Positions 41,601-53,458 are shown, counted from the first letter of the stretch. The stretch is 64,000 nt of DNA from Methanobacteriota archaeon (GCA_019654055.1 BPDA01000001.1:17938-81937), one strand, 5' to 3'. The notes: generated by a model not told the origin, from the letters alone. Translations and numbers: made by a program.

Positions 41601-44600
41601 GAGTTCACGACTGTGTTCTCCGTCATGCTCAGGCTCGCGGGAATCCCAACGAGAAAGGTCACCGGGTTCGCTGGAGGGACCTGGACGGGCAAGTCGTTCG
41701 AGGTTTACGGAAAGGACTTCACCAGGTGGGTCGAGGTCCACTTGGAGACCAATCAGAACCAAGGCGGCCTCGACATGGGCTGGATCCCGTTCGAGGCCTG
41801 CCCGCCGATGGCCGAACTCGAAGTTGTGGATTTGGATTGGGGGCCGACATGGGTGGAGAGGAACCTGTCCACCGGCGACATCTGGCTTAACGGGACCCTC
41901 CAGTTCGCCGACAACGAGACGGCCGCTGAAAACGTCACGATGTACCTCTACCTAGTCAGGTCCAACGATACTGGGGACGTGCCGGGTAGCGCGGCTCTGT
42001 CCGAGCACCTTGTTGACAACGGCACCACCGATGCGAACGGCAGCTTCAGTCTGAACGGCACCCCCGAGAAGGTCATCAACCCCGGATTCGGCTCGCTCGT
42101 TATCCACGTCTTCGAGAAAGGCTACGTCGGCTCGCAAGGCATCACCTTCACTTGGCGTCTGAACATCTCGGACGACGCCAATCTGAGCATCGGCGAGCCG
42201 CCCCCTCCTGACGAGCCGATGCTCGGCGCCGGCGTCGAGACTCTGGTCACCGGCGACATGTCATGGGCCAGCACCCCGTACAACGACCCATCCGAGTTAG
42301 ACAGCCTACAGGTCATCCTGAACTACACCACCGCGAGCGACGGCCCAATTAGCCTGATTGCAGATGTCGGGGCAGGGGGTTACTACGAGTTCTCCCTGAG
42401 TATCAATGAATCCGAACCGCTCGGCCTGATCAACGCCTCGTTGAACTTCTATGGTTGGCACGAGGAGGACCTCAACAACGCCAGCACCCCTTCCTACCAC
42501 CTCAGGCCGGCCACGGTGCCGTTCATGTTCAACATCACCCCCGCCCCTAACCTCACCGTAACGCTCGAGGGAGAGGGGGCCAACAACAGCATCCTCGAAG
42601 TTGACTCGCAGATCTACCTCAACGGCACCGTGCTGAGCAGGGGGCCGAACTCCGAGGCGCTGAACGGGACGTTAATTCTCAAGATGCGGCGTGCCAACAC
42701 CAACGGCCCTTTCACGACGCTCACCTCGTGGTACCTGAACGACAGCAACTGGACATCCTCTCCCGGCGAGTTCTCGGTGAGTTGGCTGTTCTCTGCCGTC
42801 CGTGTGCCGCTGCCTGCCGGCGAGGTCCAAGTCAAGCTGGAGTTTGACTCGGAAGGCCTCTTTGCCAATGACCAAGTCACATTCTCGGACGAGTATGGAA
42901 TACGCAGCTACGTCAACTTCGCCTACACCCTGCAACCCCTGCCTCGAGGCAATCTGGCAGTGGTCGAGGTCGTACTCACCGACCACACCAACACCTCCTT
43001 GGCGGATTTCCTCGGTACCTACATTCTGGAGCTCAACGGGACCGAGGAGTGGAACATCACCGATCCATCAGAGCCTAGGCTGGATGTGGCATTCACCCCG
43101 CCTTGGGAGACCTTCGCCGGCGACTACAGCTGGGTTTTGAACTTCTCGGGCTCGACCTGGCTGCAACCAGCTGAGGCAGTCGACGTGGTACGAATCCAGG
43201 GCAGGGCCAATGCCACCGTTCAACTGGGGCTCGAATGGACGCCCAGAGGGGCAACCAACTGGGTGGCCGGGTTCGCCAACGATATCTTCCACGACATCCC
43301 GGTACTAGGCAACAACTCCTCTGTGGTGGTGCAGTTGCTGGTGCCGTCCACCCTGCCCCCGGCGCCTGACGGCTCCCCGGCCCCGCCGGTAATCCACAGA
43401 TTGGCTTCCGGGTGGATTGACAACGCGACGGGGGCTACAACCTCAGCTTCGAGATGCCCTCGGGTGTAGGCTCCGGGGTGTATGACCTAAGGGCCGTACT
43501 CGACTTCAACCAGAACCCACCCTCCGGCGGAGTCTTCTTCAAGGTCCAGGACGATGCCGTATACGCCGCCGGCATACAAACTGAGTTCGTGGTAGATGCC
43601 GCTCCGAGCGCACTGATAGTGGTAGCCGGCTCGACCATGATAGTCAATGCCACCATCACCGACGTCGAGGACAACTCTCTGCTGCAGGGTGTGCTCGCTG
43701 ACATCTACTTCGATTGGGGCGGCGCTTCCGAGGCAATCATGGAGAACCAGACCACCGGGTCCGACGGTGTCGCGGCGTTCAGTCCGGTGATTCCCGCCGA
43801 TACGGCGCCCGGGTACTACACCATCCGGGTGCACGCACCGGACGACAAGTCGGACAACCTGACCGTCGCTGACGCAGGCAGATGGCTTGGCAACGACAGC
43901 ATGGTCAACCTCACGGTGCAGGTATCTAGCTTCGTCGAGATAGACAGCATACCCGTTGAGGTCACCGCAGGGCAGGCGTTCGCCATAAGTGGCAGGGTGA
44001 TTGACGCGGTCGACGCCAACAGGACCGTCAATGGGCCGATGGCAGTGGAGGTGTTCTTCCTGGCCGACTCCAGTGAGACTCTAGTGCAGAGCGCCACCAC
44101 GACCAGCAACGGCTCGTTCGCAATCTCAGTACCCACGGACCCATTGGGTGACGGCGTCACCAGCGGACTCAAGACCGTGGTGGTCAGCGTCATCAACGGC
44201 AGCACGCCGTTCTACCTAACTGGCACAGGAAACGCTTCGATACTCGTGCGTGGGGTGACCCAGTTCGTCGACAAGAGCCCAATCATCAACACCGTCGCGG
44301 ACCGTGGTTCATCGATCAACTTCGGGGCCCGACTGGTGGAGTCGAGCGACAATGACAGGCAGATCGGCAACGCGACCATAGGGGCGAAGTTCCACGACAC
44401 GTGGCTGCCAGCGATTCAGACGAACGGTGTGGGCGTGGTGAACTTCTCGTTCGCTATACCGCATTCTCATCCGCTTGGACTGATAGCCATCACGCTGTTC
44501 TTCAACGGCTCATCCACTCTGCACTCCACCACCACCACCATCACCACCATCACTGTCAGATCCCCTACCATCCTCACCGTCGACCCAATCACGGACAACC

Positions 44601-47600
44601 CTGCGGCGGGCGATTCGTTCTCGGTCAACGGCACGCTGACCTCCAGTAACGGCAGTGGCATTACAGACCGCGATGGCAACAGCCTCGCTCTGTCACTGAC
44701 GTTCTCGATTGACGGACAGAGCAACACTTTCACAGTTCCACACGGGCATGCGCACTTCACACCTAACGGCTCATGGCACGTCGAGATACGCCTGGATCTC
44801 ACCTTCCCGAGAGGTACCCACGACCTGATGGCCACATATACTCCCAATGTGAACTACTACGGCGCAAGCTCAGGTAACTCGACCTTCGACAGCCGTGGGT
44901 ACTCACTGCTGACCATCACCGACCCTCAGGACCTCGACCCGGACAGCAGGACCATCCGAGGAGACGTAATCAGCGTGAACGTTTCGCTGATTGACAACGC
45001 CGGTCAACCGATCGTGGCAGAACCGGTCGACATCCTGATTGACGGCATCTTCACTTCAAGGAGCTCCACTGACATCAATGGCAGCATGAACGCGCTCATT
45101 GATGTCAACATCAACAGGGCCCCCGGCCCGATGACGATTACCGCCGACTTCGGAGGAATCAGCGGCACCACCGGGCTGCTGGGAGATGAGTCTTGGACCC
45201 GCGTCATCATCCTCGCACCGACCGAGCTGGAGATTACCTCCATCACCGGTTCGGCCATAGCCGGCGAGAGTGTGACCTTCAGCGGCACCCTGCTCGACGA
45301 GCACGGCCAGTTCCTAATCCACGGAGGTAACCCACGAGGCGGAATCATCCACCTTGAGATAGACGGTGTCACTGTCGGTCCGATATACTCCACGCAGTCC
45401 AACGCCAGCACCGGAGAGTGGTCGATAACCTACGACCTGCCGCTGGATGCAGACTATGGCTTGCACACAGTTACAGTCAGGTTCCTCGGGGGATTCACCT
45501 GGGTGGACCCGATGGGTCAGGGCGATTCGCTCAACCCCGAGTACTACCTGCCCTCGTCGTACATGACGACGTTCAACGCAACCCAGACCTCGCAAGTGGT
45601 TCTGACGACTCCTCCGGGGGAGGTTGACAGGAACGAACTACTCCTGATTGAGGGTATGCTGACTGACGGCTCGGGCAGGATACTTCCGAACAGGAACCTA
45701 GAGGTCTCGATGAACGGGGAGTTCCTGACTGGGCTCTCTGTGGGCGAAAACGGGACCTTCAGTCTGTACATCCCCGTACCTCCTGACATGGAGCTGGGGC
45801 CACGAATAGTACTGATCACGTACCAAGGAGAGGAGTTCGTACTGGGCTCCAACTCCTCTACCATCTTCACAGTGTACGGGCCCGTCGAGATATCCGTAGT
45901 TCAGCCCCAAGCCGTAGCGGTAGGAGACCCTCTGATGCTGAGCGGGACTGTCAGGGACAACCTGCCCGGGGGCTGGCTCGCCAACCACTCGCTACAGATT
46001 TTCGTCGACGGAATCCTCGTCGGAATCACCAGTTCGGACGAGAACGGAGAGTGGTCGTACCTGTGGACCGTCTCGGACTTCCTAGAGGTCGGCAACCACA
46101 CTCTGACAATCAGGGCGCCCGAGCAGGGCTACCACCGGGTCGGCTCCACCGAGTCCGTCCTGATAATCGCCTACCACACGGGAATGACCCTGCAGGTCGA
46201 TTCTCCCGTAGTAACGAGAGGAGGCTCTTGGAACTTCACCGGGCGTCTGTTCGACGAGGACTCCTCAGGCCGTCCGGGGCTCGAGGGTAGGGAGTTGACC
46301 GTACGGATCGATGGCGAGGTCGCAGGTACCGTCACCACATCAATCGACGGCACCTTCAGCTACACCCACGATTTGGGGTACGCAATCGCACGCGGACCGC
46401 ACAACATAGCCTTCGCCTTCCTTGGCGAAACCTACTACCTACCAGTCCAGTACAACGTCACAGTATACGTCAGGGCGGACATAGAGATTGAGGTGTTCTC
46501 CAACAACCTCGACATAATTCGAGGGGACCCATTCGCCAAGATCAGGTTGCAGGGACGGATTCTTGAGATAGGCGGAGAGTCCAACGTGATGAGCAACATG
46601 ACGATATCATTGCACTGGGATGATCTGATTCTACCGCTGTCCGGGAACCCATGGGACGATGACGGGACCGAGCACTTCGGTCTCGCCACCAACGCAATCC
46701 ACAGCATGCCCCCGGGTCCACTGACCCTGACCGTAAGAGTCGAGCCCGACGGTTCTAGTTACCTCAATGGCGCCACCGTCGAGGTCGAGGTCGAGATTCT
46801 AATCTCCGTGGCCTACCGATTCAATCCCGAGTCCCTGTTCGTAGCCGAGGACCAGAGGCTGCTGTCAGGCTCAATCAACGTCACCGCGCTCGACACCGGG
46901 CAGGTGGTGCCCGACTTCCCGATATCGGCCTATCTGGTGAACGGCAGCTGCGTCAACAAGGACTCGCCGCACTTCGCCGTGGTCGGGCTCACCGATCAGA
47001 ACGGCCTGTTCACCTACCAGTTCGAATCGTTCACCGGACTTCCATCATTCCACAACCAGACCTTCTGGGGCGGGCTGCGGGTGTGTTTCGCGACTGACTC
47101 CGAATTTGTCGATCCGATTAACAAGACGTGGCCCCCTATGTTCCGCGACGGTCTCGACGTCGAGTACGAGCAGCAGTCAGGCAAGGCCTTCGGATTCTCA
47201 ACCATCCTGCTGGCCGCGCTGCTCACCCTCGCACTGCTGATTGGGGCGGCCATGCTGATGCGTAGGCGCAAGCAGGCCGCCATAGACGAATTGGCTGGTG
47301 TGTTCAGCTACACGGCCGAGCTACTGGCTGCCGGCGACGAGGTCAGGGAGGCCATCTTCAACTGTTACGAGAGCCTGTGCCAGATCCTGATGCGCAGGGG
47401 GTTCTTGCGCCGTGACTTCGAGACCGTACGCGAATTCGAGCTGGCGATTCGCAACGCCCTACCAATCAGCGAGCAGGCCCTAATCGCGCTCGACAGGATT
47501 TTCGAGGAGGCTAGGTACTCCAGTCACGTGCTCGGGGAGCCTCATCGGCAGAACGCGCAGATGGCACTGTCCACCGTCCTGCAGGAGATCGACGAGCTGC

Positions 47601-47650
47601 AAGAGGTCCCTGAGAGAGACTCCTATGTGGTCGACGATGGAATCAGGTGA
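38696..47650 (+). CDS. Giant (~2980 aa) surface protein: DxDxDG Ca-binding repeats, transglutaminase-like domain, Ig-like repeats, TM, DUF4129-like tail; split by about 5 frameshifts
   Basis: ORFs 38696-40708, 40558, 40760, 41190-43469 and 43454-47650 join with short overlaps; DTDGDGxxDxxE repeats; GSCDEF..MLRLAGIPTRKVTGF; tail ETVREFE...FEEARYS. Confidence 0.8.
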
Positions 47651-48154
47651 ACTCGAGACTCAACTCGCCTTCCGACCAGACGGCCCTCGCCAGTGCACTA
47701 CCTTCCGGCAGGGCGAACTTCCTGAGGATGCCTCCAAAGCGTTCCGGTGCGATGAGTCGGACCACATCCCCCCGCTCATTAGCCAGCCTCTCTACTACTA
47801 ACTCCTCGGGGAGAGTCGAAGGAAGGGGGATGCTGATTCTGTCGGCACTCAATGAGCCACCCAGTTCAGCTAGCATCTCGTCCAGAGGCTGGATGTCCCT
47901 AGCTAGGGACTTGGCTGCCTCAATCGGCTCGGATACGTCTGACACCACTTTGGCATGCTCTCCGCGCACCTCCTCGAGATGAGGTAGGTCGGAGAGGAAC
48001 TCCTCATGCATCCGCTCCGCCCCCAAATCGAGGCCAGGTGTTACGACACCGAGAGAGGGCCCATGTCCTCCTAGCCCGGGCATCTCCACTTGCACCCGAG
48101 ACCATTGCATGCGCACCATCACGAGAGCCGCACTCGGATGAACCCATTGCTCAT
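47647..48154 (-). CDS. Hypothetical protein with a possible HSP20-like C-terminal segment; start uncertain
   Basis: Coding-like 3' part of ORF 47643-48344 coupled to the helicase stop; ends RKFALPEG..ARAVWSEGELSLEF. Confidence 0.55.
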
Positions 48155-50265
48155 TCAGTGTACCTAGCTGGGTCAGGAAACTTCCTGAAGAAGCGCCCAG
48201 TGTGCCTCGCAGTCCTGTCCGAATCGACCGATTCCACCGCGTGGATTCCATCAGGCATACAGATTCTGAAGCCGCGCTGGAGCAGGCGCTTCTCCAGTAG
48301 CACCACCAGAGCACGGTCGGCCGCCTTCCTGATTGGCCTACCAATGGCTTGCAGGAGCCTGTTCACAGCTGGCTGAGAGCCGGCGTATCTCCATGCCAGC
48401 GCACTGTCGTACTCATCCTCGTAGTACTCCCTCAGAGCGTCCTGACGGGCGCTGGGAGGAGGCAAGGGCAGGCCGATGCAAATCACCGCATCGAGGATGT
48501 TCCCAGGGTAGTCGACGCCCTCGGCCAGCTTGCCACCTAGGACCCCCGCGAGCAGGGCTGGGGTCTTCGAACGCCTCAGTTGGTGGAGTCTGTCAACCAT
48601 ACTGTCCATCTGCTCCTTAGATGCTCCCGAACGCTCTTCCAACAACTGACGACTGCGCACTACCCAGTCCTCGTCTTCTAGGACTATCTGCTCCAGCAGG
48701 GCGTAGCTCGGAGCGAACACGGCGACGTGCCCTGGCGTCTGGCGCAGTACCGAGTGGATGTGCGCGCGTATCCTAGCAGTATTCTCTTCGCCCCGTTCAG
48801 CGTATCGACTGGTGACATCCTTTGCAATGAGAACCGGCCTCCTCTCGGAGAGGAAGTGAGAGGTATATTCCTTGACTATTGATACTCTGGATTTAGGGAC
48901 CTTGAGTAGGTCGTAGTACATCTGCGGAGGGAACAGAGTTCCTGACATCATGACACCACCTCGACACTCGTCAAGAAGCCCCTCGCTGACCACTCCAGGG
49001 TCCAGCAGATGAGTAGTCAGTCTGTGCTCTTCGCCCCCTAGTTTATCGTGGACGAGTGCGAAAGCGGGACTATCGTGGTGCTGCATGCAGGTGTGCAGCA
49101 GGATGGCCAGCCTAACGCAGGCTGTCTCTTCCTCGATATCGTCATCATCCTCGACAATGTCGACTCTTATCGATTGCAACATCCTGACTAGGTCGCCTAG
49201 CTCGATGGCTCGCTCGACGTCTTCGACCAGTATCGTCGAGATTCGACTTAGAAATTCCGTCATCGAGACTCTTTGATCATCGGTCCTGCTCGAAGATAGG
49301 CCACCGTCTATCTCGGCGAACCACTTCGGCAACTCGTTTCTCAGTCTGCGCATTGTAGCCTTCATTCTTCTGAGTCTGTCTAGTTCAGCGTTGTTCGAAT
49401 CAGCCTCGGCTCCGTCAAGCGATGCGCCCTCTGACTGAGTCCTCTCTGTATGCTCTTCAATCTCGTAAATCGCGTCCCTAATCACCTTCATCCTAATTGT
49501 GCGTTCGAATCCCTTGCGAATCCTATCTGGGAGATTGTGTGCCTCATCAACCACAAGCAGCGTGTTCTCCAACCCTATGCCCATCGCTGAGAGGGAGGAC
49601 TCCCTCACGGCCTCTACGAATACGTGATTGTAGTCGCATACCACCACATCAGCAGACGAAGCCGACTCTCTCGCTGCCTTCCAAGGGCAGATACCGTGGG
49701 GCATCCCCTCGTCGCCGGCCTTGCACATCGAGACGAGCTCGTCTACATGCAACGGATCGCGCAGTATCCGGGGGCGGATAAGATTGGCATCGGCGAGCCA
49801 CGGCCGACAGGTGCGCGAGCCTCGCTTCTCGGCACACAGCCTCGAGAATAACGCCCGGTGCTCGTGCCTAATCTCGTTGATGCACATTCCCTGCTGCCCA
49901 ATTAGGTCCACCAGCCTGACCCCGGGAGTGTCAGGCTCGAGCCTCTCGTTGATTCTGCGGACCGTGTCGACTACTATCCTGTGCTGCGACTGACGACCAG
50001 TCAGGAACATCACCACAGGAGGTTCTTCCGAGCTCCTCGCGACCTCGATTGCAGCGGCCAGAGCCGCCGCCGTCTTGCCAATTCCCGTTGGCGCGGCGGC
50101 CAGCAGGAATCCCCCGGCCCCGAGTGCTGCGATACCGTCGCCAATCATCTCAGCCTGGGCGTCACGAAGGTCCTCGTGGGCGATGAAACTCCCTGCACCG
50201 GACGTTGGACCCGCCTTCATGGAAGCGGACCTGATGATAGACCGACCAAGAAGATTGGCCATCAT
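48151..50265 (-). CDS. XPD/Rad3/DinG-family Fe-S DNA helicase
   Basis: APTGIGKT, four Cys of the FeS domain, VVCDYNH, VVDEAHNL, MSGTL, AEGVDY, QAIGRPIR. Confidence 0.92.
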   Translation of the reverse strand: MMANLLGRSIIRSASMKAGPTSGAGSFIAHEDLRDAQAEMIGDGIAALGAGGFLLAAAPTGIGKTAAALAAAIEVARSSEEPPVVMFLTGRQSQHRIVVDTVRRINERLEPDTPGVRLVDLIGQQGMCINEIRHEHRALFSRLCAEKRGSRTCRPWLADANLIRPRILRDPLHVDELVSMCKAGDEGMPHGICPWKAARESASSADVVVCDYNHVFVEAVRESSLSAMGIGLENTLLVVDEAHNLPDRIRKGFERTIRMKVIRDAIYEIEEHTERTQSEGASLDGAEADSNNAELDRLRRMKATMRRLRNELPKWFAEIDGGLSSSRTDDQRVSMTEFLSRISTILVEDVERAIELGDLVRMLQSIRVDIVEDDDDIEEETACVRLAILLHTCMQHHDSPAFALVHDKLGGEEHRLTTHLLDPGVVSEGLLDECRGGVMMSGTLFPPQMYYDLLKVPKSRVSIVKEYTSHFLSERRPVLIAKDVTSRYAERGEENTARIRAHIHSVLRQTPGHVAVFAPSYALLEQIVLEDEDWVVRSRQLLEERSGASKEQMDSMVDRLHQLRRSKTPALLAGVLGGKLAEGVDYPGNILDAVICIGLPLPPPSARQDALREYYEDEYDSALAWRYAGSQPAVNRLLQAIGRPIRKAADRALVVLLEKRLLQRGFRICMPDGIHAVESVDSDRTARHTGRFFRKFPDPARYTE

Positions 50266-53195
50266 CTGGTGATGATGGCTTCGGAATCGCGGCTGTCTAG
50301 GATTACCTTCAGCGGCTCATCCAAGCTGACATGGCGGAGGGCCCCGGAATCGGTTGAAGCCGCAACCGAGTCCAACCACTCCCAGTCGACGAAGTCGTCG
50401 GGACCTATCGTAAGGTAGCCGATGTTGAATGTGATGATGTTCTGGAAGAAGTGAGTACCCTGAGAAGGCTCGACGTGGATGTCCGTCATGGGAACCTCGA
50501 CAATCACACTGGAGCCCATGATGTGGTCCCACTGGGCCGGGATGCCCAGCGAAGGGTCCGATGACCCCCATCTGCCCGGCCCAATCAGCACGTAGGGCCG
50601 GTCCTCCGCCCGTAGGGCTGCATCTATGGCAGCAATCTCGGAAATCAGGTCCGTCGTCCGCATCCTATCCAGCCTCTCCGGGTGGACGTACACCACGTCC
50701 CTGATGCCCTCAATGACCCCGTTTCCGAGAGATTGGCTGCATATGCACATTGCCTTGGAACGTTCGACATCGGCCAGATCGATGTCTATGTCGACGGACT
50801 CCTCCATCATCGGTCTGACCTGCAGGATGGCGAACCTCCGTTTCCCCGAGTCCTGATTGATGGACATCGCGAACTCGAGCTCGACGGGGGAGCCGATGTA
50901 GTTCTGGCAGGTGTTGAGGACGTGACTGAGTATCTCCGAGAGCGGAAACCTCCCATGCTTGAGTACCGGGGCGAAGGTGACGACCCTCGGACCACCATCC
51001 ACAGCCAGAGAGTCGACCATGCGGTCGTCCGAGACAACATAGGTCGAACCTACGAGAGCCAGACAACCGTCCTCCTCGGCCTCAGCCAGACTGAGATTGA
51101 GCAAGTTATCCTCCTCTTCAGCGTGGACTTCTCCGTCCTCCTGCCTCATTGGAATGGCGAAGAAGTTGCGTTGAGAGGTGTCCAGGGTGGCTTGGTTGCT
51201 GTAGAACTGGTGGATTCTACGAGGCTGGCCCGGGCTGTACCTCAGGCACTTACCTCCATTGGAGACCTGACGACCCAGCCCTATGCATATCGCTGCAATC
51301 CCGTCTTCTGCTAGAATGGGTTCGACGGGGTAGTGATTACGACTCCTGGCAGCCCCCGATATGGTCGGGTAGAAACGCCCGTTTACCTCGTCACCGACCA
51401 GGTCCTGTATGACCACAGCCATGCGCTCGTCCTCTATGGTGCTCGGCGTGGCTGCGACGTACGCCTTGGCCCTGCGGTAATATGTTGAAGCGTAGACCAG
51501 TTTGATCGCCTCGAGGACCCTCTTCAGCCTGACCACGGGATCCGGGTGGTCGTTGGCCAGCATGTAGGTCGCGTACACCCCCGCGAAAGGCTGGTGACTG
51601 GAATCCTCAAGCAGGCTCGACGAGCGTACAGCCAAGGGCCACTTCGTCTGTTGCAGCATCACCGAGATCTTCTTCTCCATCTCGTCTGTGAAACCGGCTT
51701 TCAAGAAGGCCCCGTTGACCTCCTCGTCCTCGTGATCCTCGTGAGCGAATCTGCCAAGGCCATTGTCCTCTACAAACTCCTCGAACACGTCAGTGCCGAT
51801 TACCACCGACCTTGGCACCACGAACTCGACATCGGGGAACTCGCTGCCCAGCCCCAGATCGAGCATGCGGGTGAATAGGAAGGCCAGCCCCCTGCCCTTA
51901 CCACCTAGGCTGCCCCTCCCTATCCTCTGGAAGCCAGCACCCTCACGCTTGGCGTCGTAGTCCCCAATCGTACGCATCCTGACCTGGACGATATGACTCC
52001 TGACGGAGTCTGCAAGATACTTCCTGATTCCCTCTGTGGTGTCGAAGTCACCAATCTTCTTCGGCCTCATCCCTGCCGCCAAGCTGAACTCCGAACGCGT
52101 CCTCAGCCAATGAGAGAACTGATTTCTCCCGGCATGGTACTCAATCGAGTCAATCGGGACACTCTCGAGCCCGTGCATGAATTCCTCGAGGTTCGAGGCC
52201 CTAGTGACCTCGCTCCCGTCAGGCATTCTGAATACGAAGTCGCCGAAGTTCATCTCATCGACCATGAACTCCTCTATCCTCCTGTACAACTGGGTGTCCT
52301 CCTTGTGCAGGAAGCGGACGCCAAGCGCCTCGGCATCCTCCTTCAGTTCGATGTTCTTCGACTGGAACAGTATGGGCATGTAGCGATGACCCTCCTGAGC
52401 GTAGCGCACCAGCTCAAGGCCAGCCGTGTCCCTCTGTCCGCCTTGGTTGGGGAACTTGCCGTCGGTGAAAATTCCGATTATGTTGTTGTGGTACCTGTCG
52501 ATGATCGACTTGGCGGAATTCATGTCTGAGGCCAATAGAATCTTGCCCCTAGCCCTGAGCCTCAGAAGCTTCTGATGGAGGTTCCCGCCCTCTCCCATCA
52601 GACGCGTTGTCTGCTCCACCAACTGCCTGTACAGCAATGGGAGGTACATGGAGTAGAACCTGCGACTGTCCTCGATGAGCAGGATGACCTGAACATCGCC
52701 GTCCCTCACGTCGTTCTCGACGTTCCGCTCGTCCTCAATCAGCTTGCAGATTGACAGCAGTATCCTGCTATCACCAGTCCACACGAAGATTCGATCAATC
52801 CCCTCGCCAGCGCTCAGGGTCGCTAACTCGCGGGTATTGTGACTCAGCATGACCACGGGCAGCCCCTCGACGATTCGCTTCGCCTCGGTCCCGAACGCCT
52901 TGACGTCCATCTCCCCGACCCTTGTCATGGTGATTACGAGATCGAACTCGCGCGTGCGTAGCAGCCCGAGGGCGTCCCGGGCATCGGGGCTGTGGATGAT
53001 GCGGGGAGCCTGAGAGAGGTTGAGGTCGGAGTACTCCTCCTGCATAATCTCCGCTAGGTACCCCGATTCTTCCAGCAGGTAGTGGTCGAAGTGACTGGCG
53101 ACGAGAAGGACGTCTCGGACTCTGAACGGCGTCAGTCGCTCGAAGCGACTCCAGTCGGAGATGCTCTCGCCCATGCACTCGGATGGGAGCATCAT
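50262..53195 (-). CDS. Receiver-like domains fused to a PEP/pyruvate-binding (PPDK_N) ATP-grasp domain
   Basis: VILLIEDS...IFTDGKFP receiver; GSLGGKGRGLAF, LAVRSSSLLEDS..PFAGVY, MAVVIQ, ELEFA, ILQVRP, LIGPGRWGSSDP, PSQGTHFFQN. Confidence 0.85.
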   Translation of the reverse strand: MMLPSECMGESISDWSRFERLTPFRVRDVLLVASHFDHYLLEESGYLAEIMQEEYSDLNLSQAPRIIHSPDARDALGLLRTREFDLVITMTRVGEMDVKAFGTEAKRIVEGLPVVMLSHNTRELATLSAGEGIDRIFVWTGDSRILLSICKLIEDERNVENDVRDGDVQVILLIEDSRRFYSMYLPLLYRQLVEQTTRLMGEGGNLHQKLLRLRARGKILLASDMNSAKSIIDRYHNNIIGIFTDGKFPNQGGQRDTAGLELVRYAQEGHRYMPILFQSKNIELKEDAEALGVRFLHKEDTQLYRRIEEFMVDEMNFGDFVFRMPDGSEVTRASNLEEFMHGLESVPIDSIEYHAGRNQFSHWLRTRSEFSLAAGMRPKKIGDFDTTEGIRKYLADSVRSHIVQVRMRTIGDYDAKREGAGFQRIGRGSLGGKGRGLAFLFTRMLDLGLGSEFPDVEFVVPRSVVIGTDVFEEFVEDNGLGRFAHEDHEDEEVNGAFLKAGFTDEMEKKISVMLQQTKWPLAVRSSSLLEDSSHQPFAGVYATYMLANDHPDPVVRLKRVLEAIKLVYASTYYRRAKAYVAATPSTIEDERMAVVIQDLVGDEVNGRFYPTISGAARSRNHYPVEPILAEDGIAAICIGLGRQVSNGGKCLRYSPGQPRRIHQFYSNQATLDTSQRNFFAIPMRQEDGEVHAEEEDNLLNLSLAEAEEDGCLALVGSTYVVSDDRMVDSLAVDGGPRVVTFAPVLKHGRFPLSEILSHVLNTCQNYIGSPVELEFAMSINQDSGKRRFAILQVRPMMEESVDIDIDLADVERSKAMCICSQSLGNGVIEGIRDVVYVHPERLDRMRTTDLISEIAAIDAALRAEDRPYVLIGPGRWGSSDPSLGIPAQWDHIMGSSVIVEVPMTDIHVEPSQGTHFFQNIITFNIGYLTIGPDDFVDWEWLDSVAASTDSGALRHVSLDEPLKVILDSRDSEAIITR

Positions 53196-53263
53196 GCATC
53201 AAAGTTCAGACTGAGATGGTAGGGTGTCCCGCACGAGACGTGCGAGACGGTGTGTGTCGAAAT

Positions 53264-53458
53264 TCAACGAAAGCGCTCCCGATCGGTCTTGCGTGACCTG
53301 CCTCTGGCAGCCCTCGGCACATCACGGGAGTCATAGCCGACCGCGTCGGAGAGCTTGGCTCTGGCTCGCAAGCCCTCTAGGCCGCAGAGAACGGGTTGGG
53401 CGAGGGGGCGTCGGTGACGCCCCCCCGCGTTTTTCTCGTGCATCCCATCATCGCTCAT
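53264..53458 (-). CDS. Small basic hypothetical protein
   Basis: 64-aa ORF with strong GAGGTGA RBS directly after the RHH stop. Confidence 0.5.
   Translation of the reverse strand: MSDDGMHEKNAGGRHRRPLAQPVLCGLEGLRARAKLSDAVGYDSRDVPRAARGRSRKTDRERFR

Noticed and set aside
44525-44553. CAC/CAT repeat giving poly-His in ORF 44401
   Set aside because: It is a Thr-rich run (STTTTITTIT) in the real frame of the giant gene.
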